This document shows, piece after piece, positions 13,025 to 26,535 of a stretch of DNA of 64,000 bases (positions are counted from its first letter, which is position 1; each line of letters opens with the position of its first letter). The translations under genes were made by a program, and so were the position numbers. This DNA comes from Diadema antillarum. Taxonomy: Eukaryota. The stretch spans positions 806,001 to 870,000 of the forward strand of contig NW_027272059.1 in the NCBI RefSeq assembly GCF_040938485.1. Reading direction: 5' to 3'. Under the pieces are notes generated by a model. That model made no database searches and was not told the DNA's origin. It saw only the letters and a list, made by a program, of their open reading frames with translations.

Positions 13025-16000
13025 ATGTCTAAATCTTCGACGACAGTGCCCTCGTCGAAAGCAGCATCTGCAACAGGCGACAAGAGTGATGAGGAAACAG
13101 AAAATGGCGGCGGCGGCGGCGGAGGAGGTGTCTTGTTTTATGTGAACAAGGACGGTTTCCCCATGTCACATCAGACATGGGAGAAAATGTGGAACCACTG
13201 TGCAAATATTCATCCCGATGGTGAGAACATGGTGAACAAAATTCGCGGAAATAAAAATGTTCCAAAGGTGAGAGCTTTAACTTATGACCAAATCTACTTA
13301 CTGTACTGAAACATTTGATACAGTTCAGTTGTAGGCCTAATAATAGTATAATGTTGATCATGTATATCTGCAGTCACTGAGTCAGGTTGGTTAAAATGTG
13401 ATAGAGTCTAGTCCTAGTTAGTAGGTTGAGATATGTATTGATGTAAACACATCCCAATTCAAGTGGCCTGTTGTGCATTCTATTTTTAACTTTTTGATGC
13501 AGTATCAAATTGATATTGATATATTAATAAAATCAAAAGTCTCCGCTAGACGTGCACAAACAATTACATTCTCAGTAGTGATTCAAAATCAAATACTCTC
13601 AACCGTAAAGAAATAGCTTCAACTTAAAGAAAATTTGACTTATGATTGATTAAAATCTACAGAATATGAAGAGAAGAGGACTTGAAAAGACCTTCGACTT
13701 AGGCAATTACTCGACTTACACGAGGTCAACTTAAGCAAGGTTGATTGTACTGAACAGTATGTGATCAACAGTTCTGCTAGTACTACACTATTAGTACTGC
13801 TAGATGCATGAAAGACGCACTGTATGTACACATTTCGTAATCCCTGTCCGATCCCTTTTTCCTTCATCTAGTGATCGCACACATTCAGACACATGCAACC
13901 AAAGTAACATTTTCTCTCACAGAGATGAAATCACAACAACATTAATTAGCCAGGCAACATTTCGATGATACGTGATGGCATTTTATTATGTGTAGTCAGT
14001 GCATGTGAAATTCTATGTACCATGAGTGTCACATTTCTAAACCTTCTGGAGTAGATGTTTGAAGAGGTGTGACTGACCTTTGTTCTTATTTCATGTACAG
14101 TGCACTCCCATTATAACGAACACGGTTAGAACGAAATTCCCGTTACAACGAAGTAAAAATTTAGGCCGCAACATTATCCACTCTATGTATTTCTATTGTT
14201 TATTTGTTCGGTTATAACGAAATTTCGATATAACGAAAGAAACTGCCAGTCCCGACGACTTCGTTATAACGGGAGTCCACTGTATCTAATCAAAGTAACT
14301 TTTCCATTTCCCAGGTTCCTGTTCCAACAGCTCCATCAGTTCACCTGTACACATCTGCATCAACAAGAGTTGAGGCTGTACAGAACTACATGAAAGAACT
14401 TCAGTATCCTTTCCTTGAAATGAGGAATTTTACTTACTGGTAAAGGAATCCAGTTGATGAATTGTAAAGTGTGTGCACTGTCTTATTACATGTCATGGTG
14501 TATACACTCATGTCTTTGATTGTTGAATATGAAGTACATGTTGTATGAGCTGTCATGATTTTCATGCGAAATTTTCATGTTTTTTTTTCTGATAGAAAAA
14601 TGTCTCATGTGTAGTAAATGTTACAGTATCAGAATATTGTGAGATTTTTACCTTGACCAATGTACTTTGTCAGATACAACCATACAGGCATGCAATTCTA
14701 TGAGATCAGAAAGAACAGACCACTCTCAGGGTAAGTAGAATATCTCGCTAATACCTCTGATATGCCATGGCAAGTTGCTATGGCATATTAAAAGTATTTA
14801 TTTGTTTATGTTTGCTTGTATTTAGTTTCCTCTTCTCCAAGTAGATTTTACTTATTGATTTTTATTCATTTATTTATTTATTTTTAAGATGGCTGCCACT
14901 CAAAGCTCCTAGAGAGCACACTGAGACATTCATTAAAATTCAGTATCATGCTGCTAATGTACTCTTCATACAAGGTAGGCCTACAGGCCTTTCTATAATT
15001 CTCCACTATTTCAGTAATCATCTGTGTATGCCTCTTACTCTATAATATATTGTCCTACTCACTTTTTTTTTTTCATGCAGAATGCTTTTTTTTTTTCATG
15101 CAAAATATCAGTGTTATTTGTTTTTGTTCTTTCTAGTTTAATGGAGTCTGCAAAGGAAATGATAAGAGAGTCCCTGCCAATCAAGTGCTTGGAGGCTGTT
15201 ATACTTGGAATGTATCCTTTCATTAAAGCTGACAGTACCATCAGTCTCAAAGATGTGTATATTATAGGTAAGTATATAGGTAACTGAGTTGACATCTTTA
15301 CACCATTTGGCCTGCTTTAGCCTGCAGGTGATTTTATCGATTTATTTTTGTTTTATCATTTGTATACCAATTACGTACTCACATTTAAAACCAGTACAGA
15401 ATTCTTTGCAATAAATGATCTGGGGTTTGAAACCAGTGAGAATACTAGTCTCACCTGATGAACTTTCTATCTTTCATGAAGAGATGGAAAAGGTAAATAC
15501 TGTATACGCCAAATATTTCGCGGGGTTTTTATTCTCGCGAATTTCGCGAGTCAGGTGCTATTCGCGAAATTAAAGACACGCGAAAATATTGACTCTGATC
15601 CCGATGTGAATGTGACGTACGCGTGTACACTTCTCCGTTCAGTACAGACGCCATGATCGCGAATTTAGCCACTCGCGAAATCGTTGGGAATTCCCGATTT
15701 GCGAAAATTTAGACTCGCGAATATATGGCGTATACAGTAGCACATTGAAGTTTATGAAGACTGTTGTACATATAAACAAATGCATATGGTACATCAAGGC
15801 AAGTTTTAAACCCATAGATATCTCCGCAAGGCTCATTGTTTTCCTCATATCTTTCATCTGTATTTTATTCCTTAGCTGCAAGGTATTGACACAACAGTCC
15901 CAGAAGTTCAAGGACCCGCAAATGTTCTGTGTACTAAAAAGTACTGTGTAGTCATGTGGTCTAATTAAGTAATAAGTTAAAGGGGAAGGTGTTGCTATGT

Positions 16001-19000
16001 GTTCTCATGTCAGTTCCATCGTCCTTGACAAAGACACTTCTGTTTAGCTATCTGACTAATGGAACCCCTGGCCTTGAGCGGTTTCCTATCAGCTTCAAGA
16101 CACAGTTCTCTGGAAACATCCACAGGCACGTGGTCCTTGGCTTAGCGCACAATTCTCGCTATGGCGCCCTTGGGATGAGCAGGAGGGAAGACTTGATGGA
16201 CAAGCACATAGATTTCAAGGTTCATATATCTGAAGTTTGGCATATTTTGTGTGTAATTCAAACCATCTTTTCTTAGGGGTATGAAACAACCTTTAAAAGG
16301 AATGATGGATGGAAAGTAATTCACTCAGCTATTGCATAGATAACAAAAGGTTGAATACAATAAAAATTGAAAGTCTTGGATTGAAGTGATATGCAGTAAT
16401 CATTAACTGTGGCAAGAGCAAGGAATCAATTCAAAGGAGTTCTTTGTACAAATTTGAATCGGCTTTAATAATGATGTCATATTTTATGGAAAAAATATAA
16501 AACATGTCACGTACAAGGGATTCAAGTAAAGACTACTCTGAAACTGCTTGAACACTTGAATGTGAATGCACATTACGATGTGCAGTAATGATGATATATT
16601 TTCCTTTAGTAAGTTTACATGCCCTGAGAACCACATTTGTGTTCAGAAAGGTTAGAAAACATGACCTTCTACTGTTTGCCTTTTTAAAAAAATTCTGAGT
16701 CTCTATCATGTAATATGCATCATTTCCACATTGTGTTTATGTTTGTTTGTTTTTGCAGTCGTTATCAGAACTCATTTTCAACTACCAAGATGCTTACAAG
16801 AAGTGTAAGTACATCCACAAATGATATCAGAGTTGTTTAAAGATTTAAAAAAAATATATTTCTGTCACATTGTGTTTTTTCCACTCAAAAAAACCTCCAT
16901 TATTAATATTCTTTATGAAAAAAAATTGAATTTAGAAATGTAGGCCTTATAATTGCTGAATGAAAAATGAAAATAGTAGCTTCATTTTAAAATCTAGAAT
17001 TTAAGCTAAGGCATCTGAGAAAACTTAATGGAGTATTTTCACTTTTCCAACTTCAATATCATAGATTATACACGTATATGTTTAGTAATGTGATGTTAGG
17101 TTTCATTGAATTTGCTGTGTTCTGAGGTTTATTGCCCTTAAATGAAAAACTCTTCATAAAAAATACGAAGGCTTGAGAAAGAGGGATCCATTTATTCTTT
17201 CTTTTCAAGTATCAGTGATCTGAATTATGAAAAGTTGCTGTTTCCTTGCTTGTATGCAATGACTGCAGATGTTATTTGGTTAGCTTGAGAATTTTTTTTT
17301 TTTTGTAACTTGTAAACCTGCCAGAAATTTCAAAAGAGAATGTGTGTGTGTGTGTGTGTGTAAGTGTGCACATGTGTACTTGTGCATGTTGTAGTCTGAT
17401 AATCATTACCAAAGTTGAGCAAAAAATTTCATGATAAGGATATGAAACATCACAGAAATCAATCAGGTATGACATTTGACTTTTAAACATCAAACTGTGC
17501 ACCCATTTCAGTCTTTCAAAAGGAGCTAATGTGCTATGTGTTTTATATCTGTTCCCTTTAAACAGACTGGCACATAGTGAAGAAGGTGAAAGTTGGTCTG
17601 CCAATCTCCCATGACCCTCACAGCTTTGAGCAGATTCAGTGGAGGGTAATTATGGCTGATGTTCAGCCAACTCTTGTCTCTCTCTGGAAAAGATTACAGA
17701 TCAAAACATGAGTATCAATTAGGGTACTTACAATGTATTTCTAAGTTTACCCAGGTGAGGTACTTTATCTTATTCTTTATATCATGTCGGTACCTACTGC
17801 AGTCTCATCATGGTATCCTCATAACAGAGGCAAAGTAGAGTGTTTCTATTTTCTTGCATAAGATCAGTGAGTGCAGATTTTTACCTTCTGTACCAGTACA
17901 GTATATAATAAGGAAGTAAAACATTGATTGCATTCAGGGGAAGTGTTTATTCCAATCTCACCCAATTGACAAGAGTAACTTGAACCCAATTATACAAAGT
18001 CAACTGTATGACACAGTTGTAGCATTTCAAACCAGAATATCAGTAATCAAACAACTGAAGGTGACTTGTATCGTTCATTTGCATGACATACTAATAGTTC
18101 TTACTATTGACTGAACGGGGTTCAGTGATATTAGCTAAAGTTTTCCATTCGCCCTAATCTTAGTTCTATTACATCCACAAAATAAGTGTGACAGGCCATG
18201 TGTCTATGTTTTTGTCCTCTTCTAGCAGTGCCATGATACTGACACTAATGTTCCACTTTATGTGTGTGATGTTTGTTTTCTAGCACCTTTCTCTCAATCT
18301 ATGGAAAATGAGTCGGACAGAGGCCACAAGAGAGATTGACAAGTATGCCAAGGACATGAAGGCATGTGTAAGTAACCTGCTTTGCATCTAGTTGTCCTTT
18401 TTGTATATCACAAGCAGGAAGAGTAAGGCCATGGTGTTCTCTGATGCTATGTCCACTGTAAGGCAGTTAATATTTAGTAAATTTTGCAGCTTGTAGAGAG
18501 AGTAAATGGAAAGCAAGATGAGCATAGTTTGAGAGCTATGTGTTGCTCAAGCTCCAGCGTCAAATTTGCTGTTAACTCTTCAACAGGACCTAATATACTG
18601 AATAACAAAAAAGGTATTTACCTGCAATACTGTAAATTACTGCATTTGCTTGTGAATATCATAAAGTTTTGTATCTCCAAGTGTACTTACCAATCCAAGA
18701 TAATCAACTCTTTTCTCTGTGCTGTAAAGCAAAAGATGTATAGGCATGCATACTTTTCACAGAGGGCAAGGAAACAAGAAAACTTAAAATTTTCGTTGGT
18801 ATGGCTTGGATTTGTCAATTTGATCCTAAATTCTTTGAGAGACACTTTCAGTCTACACATTGCATTGACTTCATCAGTAATAAGACAAAGTCAGCTCTAT
18901 CACTGGAGTGAAGTTACACAGACATCTGAAATTCCAGACTTTGTCTAACCATCTCCATCTTTCTATCCTAGTACAAATCCAGCAGGTCTGGTAACGCCAG

Positions 19001-19202
19001 CTACCAGTTCGTCCAAGAGGCCAACCCATACAACTCACCCCGAAGAAACCCCGGCCCCAGCAACACGCCTCGTATCAGAGAAAGTCATGCTTCCCCTGTG
19101 GCCATCAGGATGACCCAGGCAGGGACAGAGCAAGACAGTGATGATGATGGCCCTGTGGTGGAGAAGAAGCTCCATGCAGGAGGATATGAGATCAGGATTT
19201 AA
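13025..19202 (+). CDS. VASH: Vasohibin / tubulinyl-Tyr carboxypeptidase (VASH1/VASH2 pro-orthologue)
   Basis: Nine phase-consistent exons: 13025-13267, 14315-14403, 14674-14730, 15137-15211, 16048-16219, 16759-16804, 17566-17645, 18284-18367, 18972-19202. Motifs: [35 protein letters not shown] (catalytic Cys), HRHVVLG (His), [12 protein letters not shown] (Ser), [13 protein letters not shown]-terminal GYEIRI*. Confidence 0.96.
14098..14282. mobile_element. Tc1/pogo-like MITE, copy 1 (VASH intron 1)
   Basis: TA|CAGTGCACTCCC..GGGAGTCCACTG|TA with internal TTATAACGAA repeats; second copy at 27689-27858. Confidence 0.75.
14404..14673 (+). other. U12-type (minor spliceosome) GT-AG intron, VASH intron 2
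   Basis: The 5' splice site is GTATCCTTT; branch-like TTACCTTGAC lies ~20 nt before the AG. Confidence 0.8.
15212..16047 (+). other. U12-type GT-AG intron, VASH intron 4
   Basis: The 5' splice site is GTATCCTTT; branch-like GTCCTTGAC lies at ~16021, ~20 nt before the AG. Confidence 0.8.
15500..15737. mobile_element. MITE with TA TSD inside VASH intron 4
   Basis: TA|CTGTATACGCCA..TGGCGTATACAG|TA with repeated TTCGCGAA motifs; a degenerate relative lies at ~49210-49378. Confidence 0.7.
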
Positions 19203-19427
19203 ACCCTCTGTGTGCCAAATTAATTTCCTGTCCATATGTTTGTGTGTGAAATTAATCCACATTTGACTCATTAGCAGAGAAAGGGTTAAAGGAATATAAC
19301 TGTACATAATATGTAGTATACCATGTGCTTTCACATAATCAAGTGCAGCAGGTAATATTCAAAACCTTCCTAAATAAATCAGTGTTCTTCATAGAAGACT
19401 AGTGTTTTATGCTATATCATTGCTGTA

Positions 19428-19602
19428 CAGTCAAACCTGCCTTAGCGTCCACCTGTCTATAGTGACCACCTGTCTATAGCGGCCACTGAAAAATCCCCCC
19501 AGGAGAAAAGCTCTGTTAAAGACCCTGTGTGTAGCGGCCACCTGTCTATAACTGCCACTTTTTCCGTCTCCCTTGGGTGGCCGCTAAAGACAGGTTTGAC
19601 TG
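19428..19602. mobile_element. pogo/Tigger-like MITE
   Basis: TA|CAGTCAAACCTG..CAGGTTTGACTG|TA; a diverged second copy lies at 20519-20685. Confidence 0.75.
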
Positions 19603-19690
19603 TACCTAAAAAAGGTGTGCTCAACAAATAAAAATATTTTTGTATTTCAGTACAATTATGTAGAAATATAAGATGTAAGAAAAAGAGCAT

Positions 19691-19726
<36 letters not shown>

Positions 19727-21698
19727 TGATTGAGATTGTATGGACATGATGCTGGCATCTTAAAAAAAAATACAAACAAGCAGATGTAAAACTGAAATAG
19801 AAATGTTATCTTCATTTGTGTTCTATTTTTCATTTCCACTGAGAATTTAAGCATATACAGTGCAAGTATCTATTTTTTCTTTCGATTTAATAGAAAGACA
19901 TAAAGAAATATCTAGGTATTCGAGATTGACAAGATATTGTTCAGCTCTTAACTTTACATTAGGTATGAACAACAACAACAAAAATCCAAGAAACTGGTAT
20001 TTGATCGTCATATTGAAACTGCATGTATTCATACTCTACAGGGTATTCAATCTACTGAAAAAAATAAATTGATAGATTAGGGAGGATATTTTTGGCATTT
20101 TTCACTTCAGAGGAGATGTAATGATATCCAGAATATGAGGCATTCTTATCTGTACATAGTATGCATCTTTGTTCTGAAATGAAATCCCAAAGTTGCCAAT
20201 GAGAACTTTAGCAGTTAGAATAACATTTGTCTCACTTGCCCACAATGCTGAGTATTTTCTTGCATTGCAGAGTACATGTACTTCAAGCTCTGATCAGAGT
20301 TACTGTATTTTTGTTCAGCAACTTTGTGTTGCAGGTATGATGCACTTTATTCTAAAAAAACAAGCAATCAATCAAGCAAGCAAGCAAGCAAACAAACAAA
20401 CAAACAAACATCAATTTGATGGTTGCAATGAAACCGTTCATGAATTAAAAACAGTATAAAACCATATGCTGCCATACTTAAACACTCAGTTTTACTGTTG
20501 ATACAGAGTAACGTACTACAGTCAAAACTGCTGTAGTGGCCACCTGCTGTATACGGCCACTAAAAACAATCCCCCCCCCCCCCCCCAAGAGAGCCATGTT
20601 ACAGACCCTGTCTATAGTGGCCACCTGTCTATAACAGCCACTTTTTTCATCTCCCTTGGATGGCTGATATAGACAGGTTTTACTGCATTTTTTTTTTTTT
20701 TTTGGGGGGGGGGATATTGTGTTTTTAACGCGATTTAGAGAATATACTATATTTTTTTCAGGAGGTATAGAAAAGAAAAATAAAGATGCTGTGTATGTTT
20801 GTATGTTATCTAGGTCAGTACTTTTCCAATTATTCAATTCTTGTTTCATTCCGTCCTTATTTCCAGTTTTCTGTGACGTCTTTCCTAAAAATTTGTACTG
20901 ATATCATGTACTTTAACAACACAAATCATTATGTAATGTATGTGGATCATTGTGAAGTGACTGAATTTATTTGTCCATGTTCATATACTTGTCAATTGAT
21001 ATGAACAAGGAAGAGAACAATACCTAGCTAGCTAGACAGATAGAAACAGAGAGAGTGAGGGGGGGGGGGGGGGGTGTGAGAGAGGTAGAGAGCAAGGGAG
21101 AGATAGATAAAGCAATACATTTGATGTAATGTTAAATGCCATGTAGGACTGAATCATGTTCTCAAATTTATGCATCTGAACTTTGCTCAAGCCTACAGTA
21201 CAATGCAGAAAGTGCCTTGAAGGAGAATAATGTCCTTGTAATCCATTGGGTAAAAAATAAATGAAATCAAAGTCTCATGGTGGAGGTTTGTTAGTTGATC
21301 AAAACTTTGTCAATCACTGTTTACTTTATTACTCTTCCAGTGAAGTTCCATGTTCATAGTGAATTATCGTGATAAATCCTGCATTTTCATGGTAAAAATA
21401 GTGTTCTGTTAATCACTTTTTGAATGGAATAAACCATGTGTTAAGGTGTCTGTAATGAAAATGATTTATAGGCTTGAACTTGCAAAAACAAGGAAATCTG
21501 TGACATCTACACATGTTTGATTAAAGAGTAAGCTGGTGTACAGTATGAATTACCCAGGGATATCTATTTTGTCTTTGAAGATTATATCAAATTTGAGATC
21601 ATATCGAATCTCTGCTTGTGATTATTGCGATGGCTGTCATGATTTAGATTACTTCTATAAAGTAGTCTATATACATGTAGATAATTACAGTGCCAACC

Positions 21699-21876
21699 CA
21701 GGGGCGGATCCAGGAATTCTGTAAGGGGGGGAGGGGGGGGGGGGGCGTGACTAATATTTCTGGTGCCACTTCCGGGTTTCATTTCATGTTTTTTCTTTTT
21801 ATTTCTTTTGTTTTTAACAAAAAATAAAGGGGGGGGGGGCATGCGCCGGTTGCGCCCCCCTCTGGATCCGCCACTG
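21699..21876. mobile_element. hAT-like MITE (CAGGGGCGGATCCAG family), copy 2
   Basis: Same TIRs and internal GGTGCCACTTCCGGGTTTCAT as 12199-12344. Confidence 0.6.
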
Positions 21877-23173
21877 CGAACCTACATGCTGTTGAATGGG
21901 ATTCATAATTGAACCTTTATTATTACAGAAAAAAAGGTGTATATAATTGATCTCAATGTTGCATGAAAGTCCTTGCTGTTATGTCTATCATAGAAAGTAG
22001 TGTTCATGTGATAAAGCCTTGTTTTGGGCCCTACATGATTTCACCCATGTAGGAATATTGTCTAGTTGTATGCTTGGATGAAATAGATACAGCTCGACAA
22101 CATGTAGGCCTATTTGTCTGTTAGGTGGATTTTTTTTTAAAAGATGTATCGTATCTTCTGCATGCATTATCCGAAATTAAGAGAAGTGAAGAGAAAAATA
22201 AAGAGAATTCAAAGTTGTAGACCTGACGTGTAATAAAAGAATAAGCTTGATATATCAACCATTGTTTTTGTGTGTATTTTATACACTCTACCTGTGTTTT
22301 TTGTATACTGTACCTGTGTTTATAATTATGCATATGCCTTTACTCTTACATAGTATACACTGTTTTTATAAACACAAGAACCAAACAACAGCTATGAGAG
22401 AATGGAAACAGCAGAAGTATTATGTGAAGATGAGTTTAGAAAAGGGGAAGGGGAACTTAATTCTCTGCATTAGTGAAAAAAAAGAATTGTAGAAGATACA
22501 GTACTGGGTATTACCATGTTTATAAATACTGAGTGATGTAATCATAAGGACATCTTTACTGTATGAGTTATAGAAGGGACTTGATAACTGAGAAGTTTTA
22601 TTGACAAGGATTTACAATATATTATTCATCAAAAGTAATTTCAAGAGTAAAAAAAAATGCCATAGTGAGTCCACAGATGGAAGTTTGGAGGATTTGATGG
22701 GCAAGGTAGTCGTTGATATAATTTTATTTGAAATTAAAAAGAACACTGAAAACATTTTAAAGGCCCTCACGCAGTTAAATTGGCACCAATCACGTCCATC
22801 TTCTTTAATTAGTCTTGCTGTTTCTGGCAGCTTACGACAAATACATAAATAGGGGCCTATGTATTTTTGCATTGAGTTGTAATATTCAACCTTGCATTGC
22901 AATTCAGTGAGCTGAGAGAAGGAAAGAGAGAAGGAAAGAGAGAGAGCAGAGGAAAGGAAAGTAGACAGTGATATTAGTGGAAGAATACAGAGAGAGAGAC
23001 CAGGTGAAGAGATACAAGGAAAGTAGGCATTGCTGCTGAGAATGAGAGTAAACAAATTGCGAGAAAAGAAGACAAACTACCTCTGGTAGCTGACTGTATC
23101 GAGATGGACTCTTCGTCTGAAGACGCGAACTAGTAGACGCAGACTAGTAGCAGACGCCGCTAGCCAAAGACGC

Positions 23174-23227
23174 GTAAACACACCGCCCGAGAGGGCGCTT
23201 CGCGTTGCCACGGCAACTGGTGTTTAC
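23174..23227 (+). promoter_or_regulatory. RFX X-box flanked by two forkhead (FOXJ1-type) sites upstream of SPATA45
   Basis: GTTGCCACGGCAAC at 23204-23217 (near-perfect X-box palindrome), GTAAACA at 23174-23180 and TGTTTAC at 23221-23227, in a CpG-rich patch. Confidence 0.65.
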
Positions 23228-23438
23228 ACCCGCCCATTCATCAGCTGTTTTCGACGGAGACGCATGCTGCTGCCACCACAACATACATGTACTGCCGCGC
23301 CGGTGTATACCGTAACCATATCATATGAGAGGGTATCGATTGCCGCTGAAACACGTGTATTCAAGCTGCAGTACTGTCATCATTCTAAAAGCAGACTCTC
23401 AGGTTAACACTATCGTGCAAAATCCAGAAGAGTGAAAT

Positions 23439-24450
23439 ATGGATCCTCAAAAGATGTACGAGATGAATAACCAGCGCGAATCCTGGTGCGCTGTAGAACT
23501 CAGTGCACGGCAGGACTGGTGCAAAGCTCAGAGACAGCACTACTCGGAGAACTTCAAAAGCACCGTTATGAACCCGAAACAAAACCAGCCAGAAAGCGAG
23601 GCGAGATGCACTTTCCAAGTCAATGACAGAACACATAGAGAGAGGAGGCACTTCCCCAACAAATCCAGTAAGTAAACTATCAATATCGACGCTTTACATT
23701 TGCCTAATTTATTTGTTCGTATACTTTTTTTTTTTTTTTTAATGTGCAAAAGCCAACTTGTTTTATGTTTGAGTTAGACTTATTTCATTTTTCCGGTAAC
23801 AACAAAAACAAACAAACAAAAACACAATCATATAAGCCTTATAGAAGCTGAGAAAAGTGAACATAGAAGGGTGTATTGACAGGTAGATAAATCATAAAAA
23901 AGCTAAAAGGAACCTGTACATGACTCAAATTTTAGTTGTTATTTTAATTATGGTTCCTTAGTCGAAATACTTCTGCCTTTGAATTTCCTATTGTGCACAT
24001 GCAGTATGTTATGTGGCTATCTTTTGGACCCCCTCCCAATGTTGGGTTTGAGTGAGCTTGGGAACCGCTGAAAACTAAGAGATGGTAACACGTTCTTTGG
24101 CCAAAGCAGTTAACTTCACCATACACTTAGATTGATACAGATTTATATGGAGCTAGTATAGTACGTAAGTAGTTGGTAAGTTGTGCCTTGTATCGTCTCT
24201 CAATTTCCAGTATTTTCCAGGCTCAGTCAAATCGAAAATACAGTATACTAGACTGCACTATTCATGCACTTCTTCCTGTGTACTGAATATCTATATTGTG
24301 TAACCCCTAATTTTTACCCATATAATTGTCTTAGCTGGTAGATGTTGATGTTATTAACTATTTTGGTGCTTTTTATAATCTACAATGTAGTTATAACCTT
24401 GCTTGAAAATGTTCCCTTTTTTTCCAGGTTACAGTCATCTTGCCATCTAA
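23439..24450 (+). CDS. SPATA45: Spermatogenesis-associated protein 45-like small protein (~83 aa)
   Basis: Exon 23439-23667 (MDPQKMYEMNNQRESWCAVE..KAQRQHY..HRERRHFPNKS, donor GTAAGT) plus a probable last exon 24428-24450 (SYSHLAI*). It resembles recalled SPATA45 motifs (EINKKRESNCLVE..VQKRHF; HMERKHFPPK) and lies next to TATDN3 as in human. Confidence 0.8.
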
Positions 24451-26137
24451 AGCCAAGCAGGGAAGGGGAGATCTGCTGGAGAATACCTGAAGCTAGCAAT
24501 GACACATAAAGAAGATGGGTGCTGCAGAGGAAACTTAAAAAAGGTGATCTGTTGATGCTGGACATCCATGGCTGGATTGCTTTGCTGCAGAGTCTGAGAT
24601 CATGTGGAGCTGGACTGACCCTAATAATATTCTGCTTCAGTATAGATTCTGATCAGGGACTGGTGCCAAGGAACCTTCTGTGCTTGATAGTGTGTGCAAA
24701 CTTCTCAAAATACACCTACCCATTGTATGTCTGATATTTATGATTAACATAAGGTATGGCAGTCATACATGTACATGTAGTGGATAATGTAATAAATTGG
24801 CTTGAAATGAGCTGGCAATACTATCATCATTGTTATGATGAACAGTTAGCATGGATCTTTTTCATTTTGTTACAAAGTCATCTTATAAAGGTTTCCTACA
24901 GTACACAGGATTTGGTCATGTGTGGTGCTTTTCACTTAAATGTACAAACTTTGCCTCTTCACACTGTCCAGGGATTTGTGTCATTCCTTCAAGTAGTATA
25001 CCACTGTACTTCTGCTACAAGGGGGGGGGGGGGTGCCTCCTTATCTAATTCTCTCTGGTCATGCAGTGTTGAACATGTAATTTTCAAAGTATCAAAAAAG
25101 GGAAATGATGGGCACGAATTTACCAAGAACTCCTCCACCATGAAAAAAAAAAGAATCCTTCAATAGTTATTAGATTTTGCCCACAGCATTGTTATTTATA
25201 CATTTAAAGCACAAATTTCAAGAGAGCATTTTTCTAATATTTATATGTACATTTCATTCAGACTTGGTGTGCTTTTCAATACATGTACCTTAGGGAACTG
25301 TCAAGTACTTGATATCTTTTTTTAATAGTAATCCCAAGAGAGTTGAATGTTTGTTACTCACTTGAATAATGTTACATAATGCATAGTGGAATTTTGAATG
25401 GCTTGCATTCGAACACTTCTAAGTATTACTGTATTTGGGTACCTCGTCTTGATCTGTCACATCAACTTGTCAGATGAAAGAACAGAAAAAATTAGTTTAA
25501 TTCTAAATGTCAGAAGCTGTTTGCCGTTACCCAAGTACATCGTGCATAATACACAACATTCAATTTTGACAAATCACCATAAAGATGCCTTGTGTTAGAT
25601 TTACTCATATTTGAATAAGGCAGCTACATTGTATGCTGAAGGTTGTTGAAAGTAATTTCTTTATGTCAAGATGCTACAACATATTTTTGAATGTGTGCAT
25701 ATTTGTCATTGTACGGTGTATATTGAAATGTGCTGCAGATCGAGGACAATTGCCGTAAAAATCTAAACTCACTCATGGGCTGTATCATACAGAACTGCTG
25801 TTATTATCAGCTATGTGTGACCATATCTGTGATAATAGAATACCCCGACTGTTCAAAGAGGGATATCTATTATGGCCCCGTGTAGTCATTAATTAAAGCG
25901 TTTCGACAAGATTCTTACAGAAAACCTGTCCAAAATGTGCAGTACATGTATGTAAGCTTCTTCGTCACAAGGATACATTTTTACTTGGGCATGCATATAC
26001 CCTGTACATGTATCAGATTATGGATGGACAATTTTAGTCTGGTGTACTACTGGTAATACCAAAGGGGAAAGCTATGCAAGCCTCAGTTGGACTACACAGT
26101 AATCTTGTAAAAAATGTGTCGACAGAATGAGAGTGTT

Positions 26138-26535
26138 GTTACCTCTGCTGAGAAAGGTTGTGTTTCATCGCGTTGGTTTGTTTGTCTGTTTGCAAAATAC
26201 GTAACTCAAAAAGTTGCTAATGGATTTCAATGAAACTTGCAGGAAAAGTTGATGACGACAAAAGGAATGTATGATTAAATTTTGGTGGTTAATCTGCGAA
26301 TTTGTATGGGTTATTTGAAGGATTTTTGAACTTTTGGCAGATAGGGTGCATGAGTATGTATTTGATGTTTGCATGTGCTCTAAAGTGCGTGCTCTGAGTG
26401 CTCGGGTGAGGCACTGTGTAGCTGGAAACTGTAAACAAAAGGCTTCTGTATTGGGAAATTGGGCTATTTTCAGCATGTGTTCATGGGTGGAAATGAGCTG
26501 CTTGTCAGAGGTCTGCACTGAGCGTTTTATCTAGT
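26138..26535 (+). mobile_element. Helentron-associated (HINE-like) element, diverged
   Basis: Starts GTTACCTCTGC, contains a GTTT/GTCT microsatellite, and ends GCAGAGGT-like..GCACTGAGCG..TCTAGTT, the typical HINE layout. Confidence 0.5.

Noticed and set aside
19202-23400. An FLVCR1 gene between VASH and SPATA45, as in human
   Set aside because: No MFS-transporter exons were found; the interval holds 3' UTR, MITEs and microsatellites.
23439-23675. SVBP (small vasohibin-binding protein) next to VASH
   Set aside because: It starts MDP like SVBP but lacks the KQRQRAEIYALN motif; it matches SPATA45 instead.
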